From assembly GCA_026387485.1 (NCBI GenBank), contig JAPLLQ010000066.1, forward strand, positions 1 to 24,233: a stretch of 24,233 nucleotides of DNA, given 5' to 3'. The stretch comes from Candidatus Omnitrophota bacterium. GTDB lineage: Bacteria > Omnitrophota > Gorgyraeia > Gygaellales > Profunditerraquicolaceae. Of the stretch, positions 16,709 through 24,233 are shown piece by piece. The notes below the pieces were generated by a model. That model saw nothing but the letters and a program-made list of their open reading frames with translations, did not search any database and was not told where the DNA came from. How positions within the stretch are numbered: position 1 is the stretch's first letter; every line of letters begins with the position of its first letter. The position numbers were made by a program, and so were the translations under genes.

Positions 16709-18166
16709 ATGAATAAATTTAGCTTAAAACGGATTCTAAGGTCATCGCTATTATTTTTCCCCTCGATTATTTCTTTCTTATTTTCTCCCTGGCCGGGGGT
16801 ATCGTATTTTATATCTTGGTTTGGTTCTTTTTTTATTCTATTCTGGACAATTAGCGGCAATGCTGTAGCACTGCCGGAGGACCTACCTGCTTCGCAACAG
16901 TTTTTCCGTCCGGTATTTCTTTCTCAGATAGTTTTTGTTTCATTTAATGTACTTAGTTCAATATTCTTTTTTCTGGATTCTTCTGGTTTTTATTATTTCA
17001 AACCAGGCAATCCGGTTATGAATTATGACAGCGTTTTACTTCAGATTGCCCAATGCCAAAGGTATTATTTGCTTGGGCATGCGGCAGTAGCTTTCGGGAT
17101 TGTTCTGCATATGAAATATGATTTGCATCCAAAATGGATAATTCGGGTAAAGAATTACTCTACTCTGTTTTTCTATATTGCTGTTACAACTTTTCTAGCT
17201 AGCTTAATAGTGGCAAAGATATATGTTTTAGCGGAGTTGTCTTCAAGGCTACGCGTTTTGGCTTTAGTAAGCTCAGTTTTAAGTTTTACGTTTAATTTAA
17301 GTGAGAAAAATAAGTTGTTGCTTCTTGGGAATACAGTCATTTTATTAGGGAATTTTTATTTGAGCATTATATCGGCCTGGAAGGCAGAATCCATTACTTT
17401 ACTTCTGTTATTGTTTGTGCCTCTCTACGCAAAATTTAAAAAGTTGGCTATAACTTTATTTCTTGTGGGCGTTACACTTTGGTTCTTATTTATACCTTAT
17501 TATACTCAAATGTTTAGAACTAAATACTGGGCTGAGGAGGCAAGCACGGAAGAGGCACTTATCCATGCATACACAGAGACTAAATTTTCTTCATTTGACT
17601 CTCTTGCTGTTAATAACTGGTTTTTCTTGGTTAACCGGCTCAGCGAGATTGGTTTGTTTATAAAATACGTTGGGTATACTCCTTCAATAAGAGGAGATTA
17701 CTATGGATTGCAGATTGTCTCCCAATCTTTGCATGCTCTTTTACCTCGCGCTATAGACAGATACAAGCCCGATCTTGAGGAACTAGTGATGGAGCGGGTT
17801 TATGAAAACGATGTTGTCGGAAGGCCCACGAAGCATGCGAGAGTTTCCGCTAAGCCGCAGTTTATTGTAGATGGATATTTAACAGCAGGATGGTTGGGTA
17901 TCCTTATTGCCTGTTATATATATGGTGCGCTGGCGTCAATTTTATCAAGAACTTGTGAAAGATACTTTAGTGGGTATATTTTTGGAACAGCTTTAATATT
18001 TAATTCACTATTTCAGGTGTTTTGGAGAGGGCAGTGTTTTGAGTTCTTGACGGGGAAATTAGTCTGGAGTATTGCGATGCTGTTTTTAGTATTTATAATA
18101 GGAAGATTTACCGGCCTTCTTAAGCGCAATAATCAACCTGATTTAATGCAGCCAACATTAGAATAA
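16709..18166 (+). CDS. Polytopic membrane protein, Wzy-like repeat-unit polymerase candidate
   Basis: About 10-12 TM segments with a large late periplasmic loop (LLPRAIDRYKP...FIVDGYLTAGWLG), the topology expected of Wzy polymerases. The ORF track starts at 16634; ATG 16709 (MNKFSLKR) is the likelier start. Confidence 0.55.
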   Translation: MNKFSLKRILRSSLLFFPSIISFLFSPWPGVSYFISWFGSFFILFWTISGNAVALPEDLPASQQFFRPVFLSQIVFVSFNVLSSIFFFLDSSGFYYFKPGNPVMNYDSVLLQIAQCQRYYLLGHAAVAFGIVLHMKYDLHPKWIIRVKNYSTLFFYIAVTTFLASLIVAKIYVLAELSSRLRVLALVSSVLSFTFNLSEKNKLLLLGNTVILLGNFYLSIISAWKAESITLLLLLFVPLYAKFKKLAITLFLVGVTLWFLFIPYYTQMFRTKYWAEEASTEEALIHAYTETKFSSFDSLAVNNWFFLVNRLSEIGLFIKYVGYTPSIRGDYYGLQIVSQSLHALLPRAIDRYKPDLEELVMERVYENDVVGRPTKHARVSAKPQFIVDGYLTAGWLGILIACYIYGALASILSRTCERYFSGYIFGTALIFNSLFQVFWRGQCFEFLTGKLVWSIAMLFLVFIIGRFTGLLKRNNQPDLMQPTLE

Positions 18167-19264
18167 ATGAAGGCATTGTTACTATGCGCCAGTATCTTTA
18201 GATTGGGTGGTATTGATGAATTTAACCAAAATTTATTTAAGGCGCTTGAGCTGGAATTTAAAGATAGCGAGTTTACAGTAATTTCCCTTCTTGATAATAA
18301 AGAAGAAGCGTTCAGCTTATGGGTTAATCTTAAATTATTATTTTGTAGTGAATCCTCAAGCTTATTCTTAAAGAAAATAGTTTTTTCGATAAAGTCGTTA
18401 AAAATAATCCTATCCAAAAAACCCGCTTACGTAATTTGTACACACCTGGGTGTATCGCAAATTGCGTATTATTTAAGTAAAGTATGCAAGTTCAAATACG
18501 CCGTGATTACTCACGGTAAGGAGGTTTGGGACTTAAAAAGAGGCAATAAATATCGTATCCTTGAGAGCGCTGATTTAATTTTAACGGTAAGTAATTACAC
18601 TAGAACAAAATTGATTAATAACCATATTAACCCCGCAAAGGTAGTTATTTTAAAAAACATGGTTGATACCGGAAGATTTTATCCGGAGGTTAAAAATCGG
18701 CAACTATTGAAAAGCCTGAGCATAGAAAATAAGAAGATTTTGTTAACAGTGGGCCGGATAGTCAGAGGGCGCCATAAAGGTTACTATGAGATGCTTGAAG
18801 TGGTAACTAAATTAAGTGAAGATTATGTTTGGTTGGTTGTTGGCTCAGGGAATGATCTCTCTAGGTTGATTAGTAAGGCGCAAGAAAATAAAATTATGCA
18901 TAAAATCCGTTTTTGCGAGAATGTTAGAAGGAAAATGCTGGTTGATTATTATAACCTTTGTGATGTTTTTGTGATGCCCAGCAAAGAAGAAGGGTTTGGT
19001 ATAGTTTTTCTTGAGGCTTTAGCCTGCGGAAAACCGGTTATTACCGGTAACAAGGATGGTAGCAGGGAGGCGTTGTTGGACGGCCGGCTGGGTACTCTTA
19101 TTAATCCGGACAATATAGAAGAAATAATAAGTGCAGTGCAGAGTATCTGCTTAAGAGGTGATGGCAGGCCTTCGGAATTTCTGAGAAAGGAAGTAGAGGA
19201 TAATTTTGGTATCAAAGTATTTAATGAAAGAGTCAGATTGATATTTTCTGAATTTCTAAAATGA
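18167..19264 (+). CDS. GT4 glycosyltransferase
   Basis: GGIDEFN, THGKEVW, LLTVGRI, DVFVMPSKEEGFGIVFLEALACGKPVI. Confidence 0.92.
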   Translation: MKALLLCASIFRLGGIDEFNQNLFKALELEFKDSEFTVISLLDNKEEAFSLWVNLKLLFCSESSSLFLKKIVFSIKSLKIILSKKPAYVICTHLGVSQIAYYLSKVCKFKYAVITHGKEVWDLKRGNKYRILESADLILTVSNYTRTKLINNHINPAKVVILKNMVDTGRFYPEVKNRQLLKSLSIENKKILLTVGRIVRGRHKGYYEMLEVVTKLSEDYVWLVVGSGNDLSRLISKAQENKIMHKIRFCENVRRKMLVDYYNLCDVFVMPSKEEGFGIVFLEALACGKPVITGNKDGSREALLDGRLGTLINPDNIEEIISAVQSICLRGDGRPSEFLRKEVEDNFGIKVFNERVRLIFSEFLK

Positions 19265-20433
19265 AGATTCTGCACGTTATACCTTCATATCTGCCTGCCT
19301 ATAGGTATGGGGGGCCTGTAAAAGCCGTCCATGAGCTTTGCCGCGGCTTGGTAAATAAAGGGCTGGATATCTCCGTATATACTACTAACAGAGATTTTGG
19401 AGTCCGGCAGCTCGAGGTTCCTATAAATCGGGTAGTTGATATTGATCAGGTTAAAGTTACATACTATTCGACCAGGTTTATAAGAAAATATTATTATTCC
19501 AAAACTTTGTCAAAAAGCCTGCAGGAGTCCATCCATACTTTTGACCTTTTGCATGTTCATTCCGTGTTTGTTTATCCAACTCTTATTGCTTCCCGTCTTT
19601 GCCAGAAATCAAACAAGCCTTATATAATCAACCCTTTAGGAGCGCTTGATCCGTCAATGATAAAGTTAAAAAGCGGGTTTAAAAAAATGCTATATATTAA
19701 CTTAGTAGAGAGATACAACATTGAAAGAGCAGCCGTGATACACGTGGCTTCTGTCTACGAAGAGAAAAGATTGTTTTTCCTGGGGTTTAAAACCCCGGTT
19801 GCCATAATTCCAAGGGGCATAGATCTTAATGATTATTCGGGTAACGATATCAATTGGTTGGAAGAAAGATACCCTCAATTAAAAGATAAGAAGAAAATAC
19901 TTTTTTTAGGCAGAGTTACCTATAAAAAGGGGTTTATATTATTGGCGCAGGCTTTTGAGATGGTGTTGCGCAACCATGATGCATACTTGATTATTGCAGG
20001 GCCAAGCGATGGAAATTATATTGATAAGGTTAGGCAAATGTTTGCGAAAGCAGGTTTAAGCCGCAATGTTATTTTTACTGGTATGCTCTTAGATAAAGAA
20101 AAGTTCTCCGTTCTTTATAGCAGCGATATATTTGTGCTCCCGTCTTATGGAGAAAATTTCGGTATAGCTGTATTAGAGGCCATGGCTTGTAAATTGCCCG
20201 TAGTCATTACTGATCAGGTGGGTCTGTACCCTGACGTAGAAGAATATAAGGCCGGCATAATCGCCAGTTGTAATCCCTTGAAAATAGCCAACGCAATTTT
20301 ACAGCTATTGAATAATGAGGATATGCGCAAAGCAATGGGGGAGAATGGGAGGAAGCTGGTTGAAGATAGGTTTACTTCCGATAAAATAGCAGACAGCATG
20401 GCTAACTTATATGAAAAGATTTTGAATAAATGA
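19261..20433 (+). CDS. GT4 glycosyltransferase
   Basis: MKILHVIPSYLPAYRYGGP, LFLGRVTYKKG, FVLPSYGENFGIAVLEAMACKLPVV; ATGA overlap with the previous gene. Confidence 0.92.
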   Translation: MKILHVIPSYLPAYRYGGPVKAVHELCRGLVNKGLDISVYTTNRDFGVRQLEVPINRVVDIDQVKVTYYSTRFIRKYYYSKTLSKSLQESIHTFDLLHVHSVFVYPTLIASRLCQKSNKPYIINPLGALDPSMIKLKSGFKKMLYINLVERYNIERAAVIHVASVYEEKRLFFLGFKTPVAIIPRGIDLNDYSGNDINWLEERYPQLKDKKKILFLGRVTYKKGFILLAQAFEMVLRNHDAYLIIAGPSDGNYIDKVRQMFAKAGLSRNVIFTGMLLDKEKFSVLYSSDIFVLPSYGENFGIAVLEAMACKLPVVITDQVGLYPDVEEYKAGIIASCNPLKIANAILQLLNNEDMRKAMGENGRKLVEDRFTSDKIADSMANLYEKILNK

Positions 20434-21698
20434 TAAATACTGCTGTGGTTAATAAGCGTATTTCTTTAGCGCATATCGTGGGAAATCCTTTTATCCATAA
20501 TGCTGCATTGTCTTTAGCAGAGTCAAGGATGCTACATCAAGTTATCACAACTTTTGGGTATTGCTCTGATGGGGCAACCGATTATTTCTTGAGTACACTG
20601 CCCGGTAAAGCAAGCTCATTTATTTCTTCTAAGATTTCAAGCCGTGGATGGCCGGCCGCTCTTTCATCTAATATGCGTTTTCACTGGAAATCACAGATAT
20701 TAAACCTAGCGGTTAGCCAGGCAGTGGGCAATCCATACTTGAGTTCCATATTATCTAATAATGGACAACTTTGTTTTGATCGCCATGTTGCCAGATGCCA
20801 CCTAAGCGGTATCGACGCGATTTACGCATATGAAGACCAAGCAGCACTTACTTTCCAGGCAGCGAAAAAACGGGGTATTTTTTGTTTATACGATCTGCCA
20901 ATTCTTTTTTATCGCACCAGTTATGCTATCCAGAAGGAGGAGGCCATAAGGTTTCCTCAGCTTGTTTCTAAAAAGTTTTTACGCGTAATTAATAGCCCTC
21001 TCTGGAAAATAGAACGTAAAGAGATTGAAATTAGCTTGGCTGACCATATATTTGCAGCATCAACAGCAACTAAAAAATCTCTGCTTGAGGCGGGTATAGA
21101 AGAGAAGCGGGTAACTATTGTGCTTTATGGTGCACCCGTAAATTATTTATTGCCGCTTCCTAAAAAGGATAAAGTATTCCGCGCCATATTCGTAGGCCAG
21201 ATTGGTTTACGTAAAGGAGTTCATTATTTGCTTTTGGCCTGGGAGGAGCTAGGATTATCTGGGGCAGAACTTTTATTGATCGGCTCTAATGATTTCCCTA
21301 AAGGATGGTTTAGTAGACAGAAGAAGAATTGCCGTTGGGTTGGTCATGTGCCGCATATTTTGTTAAATCAATACTATAGCCAGGCAGATGTTTTTGTTTT
21401 TCCTTCGCTGGTAGAGGGTTTTGGGCAGGTGATATTAGAGGCGATGGCATGTGGTTTGCCTGTTATTACCACTCCTAATACGGCAGGCCCGGATATTATT
21501 ACTGAGGGAATCGATGGATTCATTGTTCCGATCCGCGATGTTAGTGCATTGAAAGAAAAGATAAGGTGGTGCCGAACTCATCCTGGAGAATTAGCCAGGA
21601 TGGGGAAGGCTGCCAGGAGAAAAGCTGAAAGTTTAGATTGGAATTTATACCGCGTCAGGCTTACGAGTAAAGTTCAGGAGCTTTTGAACACAAAATAA
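20430..21698 (+). CDS. GT4 glycosyltransferase
   Basis: IFVGQIGLRKGVHYLL, DVFVFPSLVEGFGQVILEAMACGLPVITT; ATGA overlap. Confidence 0.92.
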   Translation: MINTAVVNKRISLAHIVGNPFIHNAALSLAESRMLHQVITTFGYCSDGATDYFLSTLPGKASSFISSKISSRGWPAALSSNMRFHWKSQILNLAVSQAVGNPYLSSILSNNGQLCFDRHVARCHLSGIDAIYAYEDQAALTFQAAKKRGIFCLYDLPILFYRTSYAIQKEEAIRFPQLVSKKFLRVINSPLWKIERKEIEISLADHIFAASTATKKSLLEAGIEEKRVTIVLYGAPVNYLLPLPKKDKVFRAIFVGQIGLRKGVHYLLLAWEELGLSGAELLLIGSNDFPKGWFSRQKKNCRWVGHVPHILLNQYYSQADVFVFPSLVEGFGQVILEAMACGLPVITTPNTAGPDIITEGIDGFIVPIRDVSALKEKIRWCRTHPGELARMGKAARRKAESLDWNLYRVRLTSKVQELLNTK

Positions 21699-21727
21699 AA
21701 TTATGGTTTTATTATTTTAGTGAGAAA

Positions 21728-22561
21728 ATGAAGATTAACATTTCGGCTATAGTTCTTACGTTCAATGAAGAGAAGAGTATTGAAGACTGTTTAAAAAGCA
21801 TTTATAACCTTGTGGATGAGGTTATCGTTGTCGATTCATATTCAACCGATAAAACTGTTGAAATATCCAAGTACTTTACGGATAAAGTTTTTGAGCATCA
21901 TTTTGAGAATTTTTCACAGCAAAGACGCTGGGCCCAGGAAAGTTTACCTTTAAGGAACGAGTGGGTTTTTCATCTTGATGCCGATGAAAGAGTAAGCCCG
22001 GAATTGGCCTCTGAATTAAAGGAGCTGTTTCGGCCAAAGCCTAAAGCAGATGGATTAATGATACCGCGAAGGACTATTTTTATGGGTAAATGGATCAAGC
22101 ATGGAGGGCATTATCCAGTTTATCATACAAGAATTTTTAAAAAACATAAAGGCCGGTGCGAAGACAGATTGTATGACCAGCATTTTTGCGTTGATGGACA
22201 TATTGAAGAACTAAATGGGGATATTATTAATATTATAACTCCCGATATCAGCACCTTCATATCGCGCCACAGGAAGTGGGCGGTATTTGAAGCATCCCAA
22301 GCGTTTTATCAACAAGGAATTGGCATAGAGCCTAATGTTCAAGGCAATAAGATTGAATATCGAAGATGGCTTAGGGCCAGATATTATGATTTACCGATTT
22401 TCTTGCGACCATGCATCTACTTTATTTACAGGTTTTTTGTAAGGTTGGGGTTTCTGGATGGTAAAGAAGGGTTTGTGTTTCATTTTTTGCAGGGTTTTTG
22501 GTTCAGGTTTTTGGTTGATGTGAATATTTTTAAGTTAAGAATAAAGGCGCAAAAAAAATGA
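21728..22561 (+). CDS. GT2 glycosyltransferase (WcaE/LgtF-like)
   Basis: ISAIVLTFNEE...IVVDSYSTD, WVFHLDADERVSPELASEL. Confidence 0.9.
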   Translation: MKINISAIVLTFNEEKSIEDCLKSIYNLVDEVIVVDSYSTDKTVEISKYFTDKVFEHHFENFSQQRRWAQESLPLRNEWVFHLDADERVSPELASELKELFRPKPKADGLMIPRRTIFMGKWIKHGGHYPVYHTRIFKKHKGRCEDRLYDQHFCVDGHIEELNGDIINIITPDISTFISRHRKWAVFEASQAFYQQGIGIEPNVQGNKIEYRRWLRARYYDLPIFLRPCIYFIYRFFVRLGFLDGKEGFVFHFLQGFWFRFLVDVNIFKLRIKAQKK

Positions 22562-24233
22562 TAATCCTTGGATTAAATATATATCATCCGGATGCCTCTG
22601 CTTGTCTTCTTAAGGATGGACGTTTAATTGCTGCTATAGAAGAAGGACGTTTGGTGCGTATAAAGCATTGGGCGGGATTCCCTTTGGAGTCTATTAAATA
22701 CTGCCTCAGAGAAGCTAATTTATCTTTGCAGGATATCGATTACATTGCCTTGAACAGAGATCCAAAAGCCAATATGTATAAGAAGCTCATTTTTACTATT
22801 ACAAACAGGCCTTCACTTTCGCTTTTCGGAGACAGGCTTGGTAACCTTTCAAGGCTTAAAGAAACTAAGAATATTTTAAGCCGGCATTTTTCTGTTCCGG
22901 TGAGAAATATTAACGCCAAAGTATTTTATATAGAACATCATCGGGCGCACCTGGGAAGTTCTTTTTTTGTTTCTCCTTTTGAGAAGGCCTCAGTAGTTTC
23001 CGTAGATGGTTTTGGAGATTTCTCAAGTTGTATGGTTGCAAGAGGACAAAAAGATAGGCTGGATTTTTGCTACGAAGTAAATTATCCGCATTCTTTGGGT
23101 ATCTTTTATACTGCGTTTACACAATTCTTAGGGTTTAGTAGGTTTGGAGATGAGTATAAAGTCATGGGGCTTTCTGCATTCGGGAAACCAAAATATTTGA
23201 GGGAGATGGAGAAGATTCTGATTTTAAAGCCAAAAGGAAAATTCTCCCTAGATACCAGTTATCTCCCGTTTTTCAAAAAGGGAATTATCTTGGAATGGGA
23301 AAACAGAGAGCCTTCGTTGCAGGAGGCTTTTTCCGAGAAGTTCATAAAGAAATTTGGCCCTCCTAGAAAGTACAATGAGGAGGTGAGTTCTTTCCATACT
23401 GATATAGCTGCTTCTGTGCAGCTTGCGTATGAAAACGCTTTTTTCCATATTTTAAATTATGCCTATAAATTAAACAGTATACCTTATCTATGTCTGGCAG
23501 GTGGGTGTGTACAGAATAGCTTGGCAAACGGTAAGATATCCAATAACACTTCTTTTAAACAAGTTTATATACAACCGGCAGCTTCGGATAGCGGAGGTGC
23601 GCTTGGAGCGGCTTATTATTTATACAATCAAATTCTTGTTAACAAAAGAGAGTTTGTAATGGAAAACGCTTATTGGGGGCCTGGTTTTGATGATGATTAT
23701 ATAGGCAGAGGGATCGAATCTTGTGCTAATAGACTCTCCGGATGCTCCATAGAAAGAATAGCCGATCAAAACATGTTGTGCCGCAAGATCGCCGGGTTTA
23801 TTTCTGAAGGGAAGATCATCGGTTGGTTCCAGGGAAGGATGGAGTGGGGGCCAAGGGCCTTGGGTAATCGCAGTATCTTGGCAGACCCCAGAAGAAAAGA
23901 AATAAAATCCATTTTAAATAACCGGATTAAAAAGAGAGAGTGGTTTAGGCCTTTTGCACCTGCTATACTTATTGAGAAATTCGGGGATTATTTTAAAGAA
24001 AGCTCTCCGGATCATTTTATGAGTTCAATTTACCCGGTAAGGGAAACTAAAAAGAAAGTTATTCCTGCAGTTACGCATGTTGACGGCACTGCCAGGCCCC
24101 AGGTGGTAATTCAGAAGGACAATCCTTTATTTTGGCAACTGATAAAAGAATTTGAAAGTTTAACCGGTGTCCCGGTTATCCTAAACACATCTTTTAATGA
24201 AAATGAACCCATTGTTTGCACGCCTAAGGATGC
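22558..24233 (+). CDS. Carbamoyltransferase, NodU/CmcH/TobZ family, 3' end beyond window edge
   Basis: Hand translation from ATG 22558 (ATGA overlap), open to the end: MIILGLNIYHPDASACLL...EHHRAH...VDGFGD...DEYKVMGL...LAGGCVQNSLANG...SDSGGALGAA...GWFQGRMEWGPRALGNRSILADPR...REWFRPFAP...HVDGTAR...LNTSFNENEPIVCTP. Absent from the ORF track. Confidence 0.93.
   Translation, partial: MIILGLNIYHPDASACLLKDGRLIAAIEEGRLVRIKHWAGFPLESIKYCLREANLSLQDIDYIALNRDPKANMYKKLIFTITNRPSLSLFGDRLGNLSRLKETKNILSRHFSVPVRNINAKVFYIEHHRAHLGSSFFVSPFEKASVVSVDGFGDFSSCMVARGQKDRLDFCYEVNYPHSLGIFYTAFTQFLGFSRFGDEYKVMGLSAFGKPKYLREMEKILILKPKGKFSLDTSYLPFFKKGIILEWENREPSLQEAFSEKFIKKFGPPRKYNEEVSSFHTDIAASVQLAYENAFFHILNYAYKLNSIPYLCLAGGCVQNSLANGKISNNTSFKQVYIQPAASDSGGALGAAYYLYNQILVNKREFVMENAYWGPGFDDDYIGRGIESCANRLSGCSIERIADQNMLCRKIAGFISEGKIIGWFQGRMEWGPRALGNRSILADPRRKEIKSILNNRIKKREWFRPFAPAILIEKFGDYFKESSPDHFMSSIYPVRETKKKVIPAVTHVDGTARPQVVIQKDNPLFWQLIKEFESLTGVPVILNTSFNENEPIVCTPKD

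Noticed and set aside
3256-23448. Remaining short antisense or off-frame ORFs in the track (e.g. 3256, 7772, 7833, 8045, 8524, 9419, 10300, 12168, 14053, 14885, 16654, 17463, 18133, 18949, 20214, 23248)
   Set aside because: All are shadows of well-supported genes and have no recognisable domains.
1-24233. A/T homopolymers of 7-8 nt in several genes as phase-variation sites; CRISPR, tRNA or rRNA
   Set aside because: Runs of this length are expected at this AT content and all are in frame, so only the T9 in the barrel signal peptide was kept. No repeat-spacer array or RNA gene pattern was seen by eye.

Overview
AT-rich window from a diderm bacterium (lineage not provable from sequence alone) that is almost entirely one surface-glycan locus. 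A GT4 glycosyltransferase (<1..791, minus strand, missing from the ORF track) reads leftward behind a structured leader. After an IS3-family scar and an FkbM pseudogene comes a long rightward run: MsbA/PglK-type ABC exporter, GT9, PilZ protein, outer-membrane beta-barrel, non-lipoprotein OPX (Wza-like), Wzc, O-antigen-ligase/TPR protein, an ABC fragment, a radical SAM/Twitch enzyme, an exostosin (GT47)-like protein, three GT2s, four GT-B/GT4s, a Wzy-like membrane protein and a NodU/CmcH carbamoyltransferase running off the right edge. Main points: (1) the export module looks like a composite OPX/beta-barrel translocon with an adjacent c-di-GMP receptor; (2) that module carries hidden lesions, namely a barrel signal peptide that begins at ATA rather than ATG and a ~25-nt deletion that puts the Wzc Tyr cluster out of frame; (3) the tailoring set (BtrN-like radical SAM, GT47-like, carbamoyltransferase) is unusual and its frames are intact; (4) the leftward gene has a GC-rich leader able to adopt alternative pairings. 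No tRNA, rRNA or CRISPR array was seen.
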